64,000 nucleotides of DNA from Dendrobates tinctorius (GCF_039654945.1 NW_027361687.1:27714001-27778000); one strand, 5' to 3'. Counted from the first letter of the stretch, positions 1 through 13,417 are shown. Notes: generated by a model not told the origin, from the sequence alone. Translations and numbers: made by a program.

Positions 1-116
1 AACAGCCAGAGTGACTGTGTTAAGTGCAATGGGTATAGTGCACTCCTAATGATTTGCCAGTTTAGGTTGGCGGCATGGCTGAACCAATGGTCCGAATCGT
101 GCTTTCACCCAGGTTA

Positions 117-519
117 GGCTACTTTCAGACTTCAGTTTTTCTGCATCAGGCGTGATGCGGCGAAAAATGTAAAAGCCGGATCCGGCGCCGGTTGCCACAG
201 GATTCGGCTTTTTTGCCATAGACTAGCATTATCGCCGCATTGCGCCTGATGGCCATGCGGCGTGTCTGGCTTTTGCTGGATATGGCAAACAATGCCTGTC
301 CGGCATCTACAAAAAACGTTCCCTGTAACGTTTTTTGACAGCGCCGGACCGCTTTTTTCCACTGCACATGCCAGAAGACTCTCTCGCCCTCTCCCTCTCC
401 TGCACCGTCTCCGGCCTCAACAGATGATCCGGCGGGCTGCGGCTTCTACCGGATCAGGTTTGACAGCTTTTCGCCGCAGCCCGCCGGATTTAATAAAAAA
501 CTGAAGTCTGAAAGTAGCC
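117..519. mobile_element. PIF/Harbinger MITE
   Basis: TIR GGCTACTTTCAGACTTCAGTTTTT / AAAAACTGAAGTCTGAAAGTAGCC; TTA TSD (114-116, 520-522); internal CCGGAT motifs like those of the Harbinger at 6538. Confidence 0.85.
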
Positions 520-759
520 TTACTTCCAGCAGAAGCAGCTATGCCTTTGCAGCCCGAGAGAAACGCACGGACCCCAAGGCTGTCTGCTCAGATCTCTCGA
601 TACAGTACTTGCAAGTGCGCGCTTTTAAATTGTTTTTTGTTTGATCAGCTTCTTGCAAATAGCCTAAAGGTTGTGTGTTTTACTAATAAACCTAATTTGC
701 AATGGGAGCTGAATAATTTTACTTGCAAATATATGTGCACATGTATAACGTTTAGTTAG

Positions 760-930
<171 letters not shown>

Positions 931-1843
931 TGAGTGTGTATAACTGGAACATTGCTTCATATTTAGCATTACGTGTCCTGGGAAAACGGTTTATTTGAAC
1001 ACAATCCATGGTGACACCAAGGTGTCTGCGGATTGGGTCACGTTTCTACGCTGTGGCTCTTGCACTACATACATTCAGAACTCAAACTAATGGCTACTGC
1101 AAAAGCTAGAAACTGAGAAAGGGCTCACTCTGGTTCAGGATGGCATTTCTGTGGAGAAACACACACAGGGTTTTTCATCTAAAAATGTTTGAAGGGAAAC
1201 TTTTTTTCTTTTGGAAAATTGCATTTTTTATTTTTTTTTTTTTATTTTTTTTTATTTTTACTTTCTGACGATTTTTTTCTCAAACCTCTCAACCTTTATT
1301 AAAACTAAGAAAATTTGTGCAATTTTTACAGCAGCCAGTAGGGCTTTTTGAGACTCTAAATTCCTGTTGTCTTCGGAAACAACACACGCAGTGGGCACAG
1401 AAAAAATTTCTACATTTGTTTTTTTTTTTTCAGTCAAGATGGGGTGCAGAGTGTACGTACATTAATGAGAAAAAATGAACTTTTTGAATTTACCAAATGG
1501 CTGCAATGAAAATGTAATGGGGTCTGAATACTGTATACATTATCCACAGTGGTTAGACCCCGATCCTATCTTTTTTATTGAAGCATTTAATGAGTGTGAG
1601 CAAAGGTCATTGTGAAGGTGGAGAGCCGTGACGTCGCCATTCCTCTGATGAGTTTGGAGGCCCCCTACCTTTCCCATGTAATAGAAGGATCACACAGCTG
1701 GAATGTCCATGCCCGATTTTTCTGTTTACAGGGGAGATGAACACATGCCAGAGGACATTGCAATATCTTTAGCCTCCCTCCATGTCAGAAAAAACTCAAA
1801 TACTCTGCCTAGCTGAAAGCTTGTGACTTTGGGGGGGTTAAAG

Positions 1844-2005
1844 CAGGGTTCCCCAACTCCAGTCCTCAAGGCCCACCAACAGGTCATGTTTTCAGGATTT
1901 CCTTTGTATTGCACAGGTGAAGCAATTACCACCTGGGCAATACTAAGGAAATCCTGAAAACATGATCTGTTGGTGGGCCTTGAGGACTGGAGTTGGGGAA
2001 CCCTG
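1844..2005. mobile_element. hAT MITE, near-perfect 162-bp hairpin
   Basis: TIR CAGGGTTCCCCAACTCCAGTCCTCAAGG; 8-bp TSD GGTTAAAG (1836-1843, 2006-2013). Confidence 0.9.
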
Positions 2006-3091
2006 GGTTAAAGGGATGTCAGCCAACTGCCTTTTCATCTGATTGACGTGACCCTGCCACTTTGTAAGTGCGGTCTGTTCTGTGGACTCGCGATATAAAG
2101 CTGGGTGAGCGGAGCACAATGATATATTGGGTTGTGGTAAAGGATTCAGTATAACTTGGAATTTATTTATAGAAGTCCCTAGTGTTAATATGTATAGGAG
2201 TCCAGTGGGTGGGCCTACTCAGCGATTGACAGCTGTCGCCGTGCGCACAGTCACACAGGGACTGCCTACTGGACTCAGACAAATACCAGGGATTTCACTG
2301 AATAAAATCCAAGCTTTACTGAAACTTTTCCCACTAAAATGCAGATCAATCAACTTAGTTCCTCCTGCTCTATATCATCCTTCCACAGATATTAAATAAC
2401 ATTTTGCGAGCAAGTAGCAAAAAATCCAACTTCTCTCCACCTTGCGGGTTTTTATTTGACCCCATTCACTTGCATGTTTGATGCAATGTATCAGCGGCAA
2501 TAACTGAATTGGATTAAGCACGACCTGGTGTTCATGGAGCAAGAGAGGCGTAACGTGACCAGCGGCAGATGATTTAGGACAGACCCTATAAAGAATGACT
2601 TCAGGAGCACCTCTCAGGACATCGTGTTCTGAAGGTTTTTTCTTATTGTTACTTATTTTTCCATGTACCTTTTTAAGAGCGTGACATTAGCTAGAAACGA
2701 TCGTCCCGGGGCGAGGTGATTTCTGTAGTAACAATGAGGAATATTCCAGCTTTCCATGAGCCCAAGAATGCGTCCTGTGCGAACCCTGAACATTTCCAGT
2801 GCCGTATAACCTTGTTATTAACTGAGTGCAGGGGTCACATGAAGCGTGAGGCCATGAATGCATTCCACTTGACCCGTCTATTCTTTTGTAGTAAAAGTAT
2901 ACCATTACCTTGATGGGGTACAGTGCAGTGACCAATAAACAATGTCCGGGGCTGCGATATTCCTCTCCAGACGTGGCTTACATCCGGCTACTGCCGGAGC
3001 AGATATCAGCTGAGGAAAACCCCTGAAATGTTGAATTTCTTAATGGAGGATAGCTGACACATGGAGGGGTCCTTCCTAAAAGCATGGGTAT

Positions 3092-3361
3092 TGATGATGA
3101 GCGAATGTGCTCGAGTGTCTTTGGCGTGCTCGAAAAATATGTTCAAGTCCTCATGCCTGCATGTCTCACAGCTGTTCCACAGCCGCAACACATGCGGAGA
3201 ATCCCTGTGTATTAGGCAATCCCAGCATGTGTTGAGGCTGTCGAACCGCCGCGGGACATGCAGCCACAGGGACTCGAACATAATATTCGAGCACGCCGAA
3301 GACACTCATCACCCGAGCATGCTCAGATAACACCCTAACCCAGCACATTCGCTCATCACTA
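3092..3361. mobile_element. hAT-type MITE
   Basis: Termini TGATGAGCGAATGTGCT / AGCACATTCGCTCATCACTA; 8-bp TSD ATGGGTAT / ATGGGTGT (1 mismatch); internal palindrome. Confidence 0.75.
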
Positions 3362-4366
3362 ATGGGTGTACTTCTGTACTTCCCATCGTATGTGCCAAAC
3401 AATTTTAGAGCCAGCCTGGACTCCTTTTTAAAATGACAAATAATGGACAGTCTCTTTAATGACTTGTGTACTTGTTCTTGAGTGTAACTGTTTTGATTTT
3501 ATTGTATGTTTTTACATTGGTGTTTGCTTTCCTGCAGTAACCACATACACCCACTGTATCGCTTTCATTGCGGTGCTTCTCACTTTATTATCATTCCACT
3601 TAGCCACAGATCATCGGATCTCCATAGACATAATAATATCATGTAAAGATAGAAGCAGCCACCACAAAAAGCACTTATGTAGGTTGAAATGTGACAGTCT
3701 CAGGAAGATCACATGTGTGACGCTCGACAGAAGTGCTTCATGATTGGGGTGGATAAAACCCTATTCTTGTTATGATAGCGTGTTTTTAAGAGACATTTAG
3801 CCCATGCATTTATGCAAAAAAAACGTATCCAGCAGGAAGGCATTTCAGCACATTTATGTAAAGTACTGTCTACTGAAAGAGGCAAATCTGTTGTATGCAA
3901 AAAAAATAATAATAAATATCTTAGATAAACTAAATACCATCAATACCAGAGATTGACTGCCAAGGCTCAGCAAAGATGCGAATAGAGCACTTGCATCAAT
4001 ATCTACCACCATAACTCAAACTAATAACCTGATCTATGCTACTGCCTCAGCAATCATGGAAATGCCTGGCTATACAAAAAGGAAGAGCAACAGAAGTATG
4101 TGCCCTCCTTGGAAAAGGAGACTGGAGAGAAAGATCAAGATGACACGAAGGGAAGTAAGTCAGCCAACTAACAGAAATACAGAAGGGTGTAGAGATCAAG
4201 AATAAGACCAAGCTGGACAAGTCAAAGGCCTGACACCAACTGAGACCCTAGAGACTGCTAAACAAAGGCTCACAGCACTCGCTGCAAAACTAGGGAGATG
4301 CACTAGAGAAGCTGAGGCCAAGAAGATGAATGCCCTGTTCTCCAAAGAACCATCCAAGGTGTACTC

Positions 4367-5348
4367 TAGGGTGACCGCAAAAAATCGATGTCGGAATTTT
4401 GTCCGTCTGGACCCCACAAAACGATTCCCCTTTCCAGATATTGAGATAGCCAAAATTTGAGCTCGACCAAACGACGTTAACCCGTGCCGCTCGTCGCTCA
4501 AAGTTTGAAAAAATCCAAATTGAGGTATTTTAAGATTTAGGTATTTTGCATAGTCTGTTAGACTATAAAGAATGTGACAACAACATTGCAGAAATAGCCC
4601 TGACCAAATTTTCGAACCATTTGTGGTATTTGAATGCAGAGTTGGTGGGATTATCGTTTTTTGATCCCACCATTACAGACAATGAAAAGTTGTTAATGGC
4701 TAATAAATTGCTCAGTAGCACAGATGAACCATCAGAGCACGCTAGGGTTGTAAATCCAAAAGTTAGGAAAGAAAAATTAAGAGGTAGGAAGTAACCGACT
4801 TTAACGACCTTCTGACAAAAGATGAAGAACAAAAGTAATATGTCCTGCAAGTTGTAAGCAAATGCCGAGCATTATATTCTGACATTTCAAAAACTACTTT
4901 AACAAAAGCTCTAGAATATATTAGATAACTATGTATAATTATCAACTCATGTAGGTTAGCGTGCTCTGATGGTTCATCTGTGCTACTGAGCAATTTATTA
5001 GCCATTAACAACTTTTCATTGTTTGTAATGGTGGGATCAAAAAACGATAATCCCACCAACTCTGCATTCAAATACCACAAATGGTTCGAAAATTTGGTCA
5101 GGGCTATTTCTGCAATGTTGTTGTCACATTCTTTATAGTCTAACAGACTATGCAAAATACCTAAATCTTAAAATACCTCAATTTGGATTTTTTTAAACTT
5201 TGAGCGACGAGCGGCACGGGTTAACGTCGTTTGATCGAGCTCAAATTTTGGCTCTCTCAATATCTGGAAAGGGGAATCGTTTTGTGGGGTCCAGACAAAC
5301 AAGATTCTGACATTTTCCCCCCCCCCCATATGAGATCCGGTCACCCTA
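4367..5348. mobile_element. Fold-back non-autonomous hAT (hATm-like) derivative
   Basis: Termini TAGGGTGACC / GGTCACCCTA; perfect 8-bp TSD GTGTACTC (4359-4366, 5349-5356); inverted arms 4367-4744 and 4957-5348 each encode ALTKFSNHLWYLNAELVGLSFFD; the spacer encodes a transposase C-terminus-like LLTKDEEQK*YVLQVVSKCR. Confidence 0.8.
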
Positions 5349-6883
5349 GTGTACTCCCAACTACAGAGTAACAGCACAAAGTTAGGAACTCCACCAATAG
5401 CAGAGACTGAACAATACTGGAGGAACATATGGGAGAAGGAAAAAACGCACACCACCAGTGCAATGTGGCTGCCAGATCTGAGAATGAAACACAGCAACCA
5501 CCGTCCTAGAGCAAGAACCAGTCACCATTACAGAAGCAGATATCCAACAGCGGGTCAATAACATGAATAGCTGGACAGTACCTGGCCCAGACATGATCCA
5601 CACCTACTGGCTAAAGAAGTTAACAGCGGTACATGAACGCATGGCAAAGCAGATGAACCAACTGCTAGAAGCACCACCCAGCTTGGCTAACACAAGGAAG
5701 AACAGTGCTGATCATGAAGGATCATCACAAAGGAACAGTTCCATCCAACTACCGCCCAATAACCTGCCTTACAACAACATGTAAACTCCTGTCAGGCATC
5801 ATAGCCACTAAGCTACAGAACCATATGAACCAGTACATGAATCCAGCTCAGAAAGACATTGGGACCGACACCAGAGGCTCTAAGCACCAGCTCCTGGTAG
5901 ATAGAGTAGTCACTCAAGATCCAGACATACCATCTCAGCACAGCCTGGATTGATTACAGGAAAGCCTATGACTCAATGCCACACACATGGATCTGTGAAT
6001 GCTTGGCTCTCTACAATGTCAGCAGGAAATTAAGAACCTTCCTCATAAACTCAATGCGGCTATGGAGAACAACATTGGAAGTCATCTCAAGACAACTAGC
6101 ACAAGTGACCATCAATTGCAGCATATACCAAGGTGAAGCACTGTCCCCATTGCTGCTCTGCAGAGGCTTGAACCCCCTCAGTCAGATAATTACAGAGTCT
6201 GGTTATGGATACAAGTACAAGAGTGGAAGCACCATCAGCCACCTCCTCCACATGGATGACATCAAGCTGTATGCGAAAAACGAACGAGACATCAATTCAC
6301 TGATCCACTTGACAAGGATCTACAGCGAAGACATCGGGATGTTCTTCGGACTGGAGAAGTGAGGCCGGTTGGTAATAAAGAGAGGCATGGTAGTCAAGAT
6401 TGATGGAGTGGAATTACCAGCAGGACACATAGCAGATGTACAGACATGCTACAAGTACCTCGGCATCCCACAGGGATACGGTAACCATGATGAGGAGGCA
6501 AGGAAACCAGCAACATCCACATACCATCAAAGGGTAAGGCTACTTTCACACATCAGATTTTCGGCGTCAGGCGCGATCCGGCGTCGTGCCGGAACGCCGG
6601 ATCCGGCAAATGTTTAGTAAAACCGGATGTGACGGATCCGGTTTTCTGCCGGATCAGTCTTTTTCTTGACAGACAAAACCGGATCCGTCTCATCCGGTTC
6701 ATCCGTTTTTCTATCCGTTTTTCGACGGATTACGCCGGATCCGGTTTTTAAAATTGACCCTTGTGGCCTTCCGAACGGGATTGGCTACTGGAAAACTATA
6801 TATAGAGTGTTCCTACAGCCCTTCTTTGACAGGTTGTCGAGGAGAAAGTGCAGGTTGGAGAGAAGAGCAAGTTACTGGCGAAG

Positions 6884-8242
6884 ATGGATGTTGTCATTGG
6901 AAATATTTTGAAGAATTTGGCGGATTTTATAGCGGAGGCGAATCGTTTGAGGGTGATTGTTCTGGAGAAGGAGAGAGCGAGACAGCAGCGCATCAGGCAT
7001 CGTAGACGACGTTTGTGGATCCACCCCATCACAGCCAAGAGAATGACGCGTGGGGTCTATTCTACACTCTGCATGGACCTTCGACGAAACCCGGATAAAT
7101 TTTTTGGATATGTTAGGATGAAAATGGAGAATTTTGATTACTTGGTGGAGCGCATTGCACACCTCATAAGAAAAGCGGACACCTATTGCCGCTTCTCTGT
7201 TTCACCCGCAGAGCGTCTGATGGTGACTTTAAGGTAAGCCACATTTATTGGATGTGATCGCATCAGAGCACACTTTCACTGCAATCTTGTTGGTGGTAGT
7301 TTGTATCTCCAAGTGTTATAGCTCAGTTTTGGTATGTAATGCTGTGATTTAAAACTAATTTATTGTTTTTTAATTCCCCACAGATTTCTTGCAACTGGAG
7401 AATCCCTTTCGTCACTGCATTTCCAGTACAGACTCGGGATTTCCACCATATCTGGAATTGTGAAGTACACATGCCGTGCACTGTGGGACTCCTTAGCTGA
7501 AGAGTTTTTACCAGAGCCCACAACAGAGAGGTGGATTGAAATTGCTGACAAGTTTCAACAGATATGTCAGTTTCCCAACTGCTTGGGCGCTGTGGACGGG
7601 AAACATATCCGCATTGTAAAGCCAGCTGGATCGGGATCGGAATATTTCAATTACAAGAAATATTTTTCAATTGTCCTCATGGCCATCGCTGACGCGGAAT
7701 ACAAATTTATTGCGGTTGATATTGGGGCCTATGGCCGCTCCAATGACTCTCAAGTTTTCAAACTGTCTGCCATGGGGCGTAAACTGTATGGAAACACCTT
7801 CCAGTTCCCACCACCTAGACCGCTGCCGCAAACATCTGGTCCACCTATGCCATTTGTCTGTGTAGGGGATGAAGCCTTCCAGCTGTCAGAACACCTTTTG
7901 AAACCGTACTCTAGCAGAGGATTGACAAGACCAAAACGCATTTTTAATTACCGCCCCACAAGAGCAAGAAGAATGGTTGAATGTACCTTTGGTATTCTGA
8001 CAGCCAAATGGCGGGTCCTATTGACTGCGATCAACCTCAAGACAGAAACTGTGGACGAGGTGATCAAAGCGTGCGTGGTACTCCACAATTTTGTTATCTG
8101 CAAGGAACCCATTTCCATTGAGGAAACCACCTTGCAAGATTACCATGACATTACCACTAGAAGTTCTGTGACGGTTTCAGTAATGAGGGACAATTTTGCA
8201 CTATACTTTGTCACCTCAAGGCAGAGTACACTGGCAGGATGA
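6884..8242 (+). CDS. Harbinger (HARBI1/DDE_Tnp_4-type) transposase, 2 exons (6884-7233, 7384-8242), ~402 aa
   Basis: Splicing AG|gtaagc...cacag|A restores ERLMVTLRFLATGESFSSLHFQYRLG; catalytic motifs GAVDGKH, VGDEAF and RRMVECTFG are intact; apparent small frameshift near 8210 (alternative frame SPQGRVHWQDDRV*). Confidence 0.9.
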
Positions 8243-8754
8243 CAGAGTGTGAAAGATTTGTGCCCTAACCAAACTTGTGTACCTTCTGTACCAACAGTAT
8301 ATACCTTTGCCAACCAAAGTTGGCTATCTTGTCATGGTCTTACTATTTTTAGCTTTAGGCCACAGGTGTGTACCTGGTTGTGTTTTATGCAAAGTATTTC
8401 ACCTTGTAACAAAAGTTGTGTACATGGTTAGGAAATCACCAACAATAAACACAACTTTTTAGGTGAAATACTTTGCTTCAAACACAACCAGGAACACAAC
8501 TGTGGCAAAAAGCTAAAATTTACCCACAGTTATATACCTGGTTTTGAATACCTTTTTACCTTTGAAATACCCTGTATTTAACCTTTTTTTTAAACATAGT
8601 TCGCCGCAGAAAGAAATGACAGACAACCATTGTAAAACGATAATTTAACTTTTATTTAAAATATTTTTTTTTTTTGTAAAATGTTTTTAAAGTGAAAAAA
8701 ACTTTTTTAATAAATGTTTTAAACCAAATGACCATTTTTATTAAAAAACACACA

Positions 8755-11309
8755 TTATAAATCTGTGTAGTGTGGGGTGGAAATACTGCTGGAGGGGCTG
8801 CGGGACACTTCGACACTGGGAGTGTGGAGAGAGGACTGGGATCGTGGTGGGGAAGGAACAGTTAGAGGTGATGGTGTGGAAAAAGCTACAGAATGGGTGG
8901 ACATGTGGGAGGCAGAAGAGGTGGTGGGCGGTGGAGTGGAGGGTTGGGCAGGGACTGTAGGAGCAGATGATGTTGATGGAAAGTTGTATGGGGAAGGAGT
9001 TTGGTACGGGGAAGGAGTTTGGTACGGGGCAGGTTGCTGGAAGTGGGGAGATGTCTGGTACTGGGGAGGTTGCTGGTACTGGGGAGGTTGCTGGTATGTA
9101 ATAGGAGGGGGAGGATGGAAAGTGGCTGGAGGGGGTGCAGATGTAATAGGAGGGGGAGGATGGAAAGTGGCTGGAGGGGGTGCAGATGTAATAGGAGGGG
9201 GAGGATGGAAAGTGGCTGGAGGGGGTGCAGGTGGAGGAACTACAGTGGTGGGAGGTGGAGGTTGGGAGGTAACCTGCTGTAGAGCACCGTGGCACGAATG
9301 CATTACATGCATCTGCTGGGTAGGAGATAGTGTTGCCATGCGCTCCACAACAGACCTGAAAAAGGTGTGGTTTGGCGAAGATCTTGCTTCTGAATGCATG
9401 GTTTGCAGAAGTGTCTTCACCTCCAGAATGCTGGAGTTGATCTGCTGAAAGCCTGCGGAGATTTGCTCTGACAAGACTTTTAGACAGTTCTGGAAAGATG
9501 CATTCAGATGCAAGAACTCTGGCGCATAACTCTTTTCCTGACCCCTCTGCCGCTGCCGCCCAGTACCCGCATGTGTACTAGAGGTGGCAGGGGCAGAAGG
9601 GTGGGGTAAAGGGAAAGCGATCTCCTCACCAGCAGCTTCATGTAATGTAGGCGGCCACGATGCTCCTGTGCTGGTGGATGGGACAGATGGGTCGAATGTG
9701 TGGGAAGGCTGGGAAGGTGCAGATGTACCGGGGCGGTCGAAGTGTCCCTCGGTGCCGGTCTCCTCAGGGATCGCCTCAGAAGGGTCCAATCGTGCCGGCT
9801 CCCGAGTGCTGCTCACCGTGCTGTGGAATAAAGAGAAAAAAAAACAATTAAAATAGTGACATGGTATGGCCCTGGCTGAAAAAAAAAAAGTTACATGTAA
9901 ACATTTTTTTGTCACATGTGGTGTGTAATATTTACCTTCTGGTGAGCATTGTCTCCCGGAGGAACGACAGGGCTCGTGCGTACTTGTACTTGCTCCTGCG
10001 TCCTCCAGATCCACTCGGGGCCCGCATCTCTTTATTGAACTCCTTCTTGAAACGATCCCTCACAGACCGCCACCGCTTCACAATTCTCTCCCCTGAAACG
10101 AGAAAGGACAAAGTGGTTAGTATACAACATCAGTGTTTCCCAAACTCCAGTCCTCATGGTCCCCAGGGGTCATGTTTTCAGGATTTCCAAAGTAAATAGA
10201 AATCCTGAACACATGATCCGTGGGGACCACGAGGACTGGAGTTCGGGAAACACTGGTTTAAATCAAGCAACCGGTACTGTATATACTTACGCTCTTTAAT
10301 CTGGGCCCGAGCTTCGAGGTCCTCCCAGCGGTCCACAAGGAGCGAACAGATTTCCTCCCAGAGTCGTCGGGTAACGATCAGGTCAGCGTGGCGGCGGTCA
10401 GCCATATTCCAGAGCGGCTCCCTTTCTCTGACGAGATCGATGAGGCGGTCCACATCAATCCCTCCATCCTCACCGTCAGAGTCGGGAGCACGCTGTGAAG
10501 GCTGTTAAAGAAAAAGACAAAAATAACATAATTAGCCTCCACAAAAGAAATGAAATAAAAAGTGCAAAAAAAACAAAGCAAAAATATTTATACTTACACG
10601 CTGGTGACCGCCGCGTTGCTGTCGCCGACGACCCTGGGAGGCACTGCGAGGACCTCTTGGCCGAGCACCAGATTGGGAAGACTAGAGAAGAAAACAAAAA
10701 ATGTTATGTCTTTGGATGTAGGCATTTGTTTGCTGTGTGTGGTCTGCAGAACATTGTTTTCTATGTGTTGTGTGTAGTGTGATGTTGTGTTTCTGCGTTT
10801 GATGCAAAAAACTTACCAATTGTGAGCCCACTCCAAGTGTCTGTCCACCCCTTCCTTCTTCTTCAGGGAGCTCCTCTTCATCTTGTGATTCCTGTTTTGA
10901 AATAAAAGGCAATGAATACACATATATTACAGAGATGATGGATTTTGGAAATAAAAACTTACCGTCAAACGCTGACGATGCGAGGGAGGGCTCCCAGAAG
11001 ATGTGCTGTCTTCCTCATGGCCAGACTCCATGGCTGTGGGTGGTGTTTCTGCTGCTGCCATTGCTGCTGCTGCTGCTGCATCTATTGGGCGGCTGTTGAA
11101 TAAAGAGAAACAAAGGGCCAATGAATATCTTGATATTCCATAGCCCTAGTTTGGAGGAATGGGGGATTTGATAATTACCGTCTCTCATCTGCTGCTGGAC
11201 TCCCCTCCCGTTGTTCAGCATGCTGCTCCATTTGGGGTGGTGCTGATGGTGCTGCTGCTGCAGATGTCTGCTGCCTTCTCCTGCTCCTGGTTCTTGGCTT
11301 GGGTGGCAT
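8755..11309 (-). CDS. Harbinger ORF2 Myb/SANT-like (MADF) DNA-binding protein with BESS-like motif, 7 exons, 617 aa
   Basis: Exons 11309-11179, 11092-10963, 10891-10817, 10681-10598, 10501-10291, 10092-9936, 9820-8755; all GT-AG and phase-consistent, 1854 nt with no internal stop; MADF LIDLVREREPLWN...LWEEIC...KRWRSVRDRF; TATATAAAAG at 11350-11341. Confidence 0.88.
10131..10255. mobile_element. Small hAT MITE inside intron 5 of the Harbinger MADF gene
   Basis: TIR CAGTGTTTCCCAAACTCCAGTCCTC / GAGGACTGGAGTTCGGGAAACACTG; related to the MITE at 1844-2005; no clear TSD. Confidence 0.75.
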
Positions 11310-13321
11310 GTTGGGTGTGGCTGAGGGTCCCATTGTCTTGCTTTTATATATGTCCTGTGGGCAGAGCTACTGAGCATGCTCAGACCAAAGAAACCGGATC
11401 CGGCCGTCGCCGGATCAGGCGCATTGCGGCGCTCATAGGCTTTCATTGTATGAAAAAGCCCGACACGCCGGATCCGACGTGTCCGGCTTTTTCGCCGGAG
11501 ACAAAAAACGTTACAGTAGCCGTTTTTTCCAGACGCCGGATCGCGTCACATTGCCCGATCCGGCGAAAATCGGATGAAACGCATGGCCATCCGGCTCGAT
11601 CCGGCTCTAATGCAAGTCAATGGGGGGGGAAACCGGATCCGGCATTGCATTTCGCCGGATCCGGTTTTAGTCAAAAGCGCCGGATCGCGCCTGACGCCGA
11701 AAACCTGATGTGTGAAAGAGGCCTAAGACAGGTCCTGAAGAGCTAGCTCAATGGGAAGAATAAATTCCACACCATCAATACATATGCCCTGCCAGTTATC
11801 AGATACCCTGCTGGCATAGTGTGATGGCCAAAAGAAGATATGGAAGCTGCAGATGTGAAGACACGAAAGCTCCTCACAATGTATGGAGGTCTCCACCATA
11901 ATTCTAGCACCCAAAGATTGTATACCAACAGAAAGGACAGTGGTCGGGGCTTGATAAGTATCCAAGCCACCTTCACGGATGAAACAAGGAGTATCCAGGA
12001 ATACATCAGAAAAATAGCGCCAGAAGATGAGATGCTGAGAGAAAGCCTAAGGCAGCAACAACAACAGATATGGAAGGAAGAACAGGAACATAAAGCGCCA
12101 TAGCAAGACAAGCCGCTGCATGGGATGTACCATCGACAGATAATGGAGGTGGACGACATAGAGAAATTCTACCAATGGCTGGAGAAAGCTGGACTCTGAC
12201 TGAGACAGCACAGAGGCACTAATCATAGCGGCACAAGAGCAACCACTAAGTACCAGATCAATAGAAGCAGGAATCTACCTCACAAGACAAGACCCAAGGT
12301 GCATACTATGTAAAGAAAGTTCAGAAACTGTCCAACACAGTGGCAGGATGCAAAATGCAAGCAGGAACAGCGTATACCGAACGCCACAACCAAGTAGCGG
12401 GAATTGTATACAGGAACATCTGCACAGCATATGGACTAATTCCCCCTAAGTCCAGGTGGGAGACCCCAGAGAAAGTGGTGGAGAATAAAAGGGCTAAAAT
12501 CCTGTGGGACTTCAAGATCCAGACAGATAAGCAGGTGTTGGCTAACCAACCAGACATTGTGATAGTAGACAAGGATCAGAAGACAGCAATGATAATAGAT
12601 GTGGCAGTGCCAAGTGACAGCAACATCAGAAAGAAGGAATATGAGAAGCTGCAGAAATACCAGGGCCTCAAAGGAGACCTGGAGAAGATGTGGAAGGTGA
12701 AGGCAACAGTGATTCCAGTGGTGATAGGAGCACTTGGAGCAGTGACCCCTAAGTTGGGGAAATGGCTACAACAGATCCCAGGAACAATATCTTAACTCTC
12801 TGTCCAGAAAAGTGCAATGCTGGGAACAACTAAGATCCTGCACAGAACCCTCAAACTCCCAGGCCTCTGGTAGAGAACCCGAGTATGTGGAAGGACAAAA
12901 GAAAAAAACACCCCCATTGGGGGGTGAGAAGCAATTTTTTTGTGAATATATTTTAGGACAGCCAGGTAAGCTAGGGGTTAAACACTAACATTACAGGCCC
13001 TGATTAGATGCCCCTGGATAGTGATGAATAAAACCAGGCCATGTGTTCACTGGTCAGACAGCTGGGTGAGGCTGAGCAGTGTGTGTTGTGTTGGAGCTGA
13101 AGAGAGGCCATAATCTCTCTGAGTAGAGACTGCACAGGTAGTGTTTCCCAAACTGCAAGTATCACTGGTTGCTGTGGACAATAGCTGTTTTGTGTGACCA
13201 AACTGGGGCTAGCTCAACCGTGACTGAGTAGCCCAGGTCTCTATTATTTAGTTAGAGCCTGGACAGGGCTTGGGATTTATGCTTATGGTTCTGTTTTCGC
13301 TACTGTGCAACCAGTGGGGAG

Positions 13322-13323
<2 letters not shown>

Positions 13324-13384
<61 letters not shown>

Positions 13385-13408
13385 GCACACACACACACAC
13401 TCACACAC
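13324..13408. repeat. (TA)n followed by (CA)n microsatellite
   Basis: Direct reading. Confidence 0.95.
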
Positions 13409-13417
13409 TATGTGTAT

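Larger units (their letters stand above)
6538..11723. mobile_element. Near-intact autonomous-type PIF/Harbinger transposon (5186 bp)
   Basis: TIR GGCTACTTTCACACATCAGATTTTCGGCGTCAGGCGCGATCCGGCG matched at the right end; TAA TSD (6535-6537, 11724-11726); convergent transposase and Myb/MADF genes. Confidence 0.95.
3920..12940 (+). mobile_element. Degenerate R4-clade (Rex6/Dong-like) non-LTR retrotransposon with RLE endonuclease, interrupted twice
   Basis: RT fragments (VPGPDMIHTYWLKK, NYRPITCL, IYQGEALSPLL, HMDDIKLY) at 5560-6537 continue after the Harbinger (RVRQVLKS..NGKNK..INTYALPV); zinc-knuckle remnant and RLE motif RHNQV...NQPDIVIVDK...IIDVAVP...KEYEKLQKY at 12340-12795; many stops and frameshifts. 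Ends approximate. Confidence 0.85.

Noticed and set aside
6884-8242. Domesticated HARBI1 host gene
   Set aside because: Flanked by TIRs and a TAA TSD, paired with ORF2 and inserted in a LINE, so it is a transposon copy.
8777-9448. 223-aa Gly/Trp-rich + strand ORF
   Set aside because: Antisense shadow of the Pro-rich repeat in the MADF gene's last exon.
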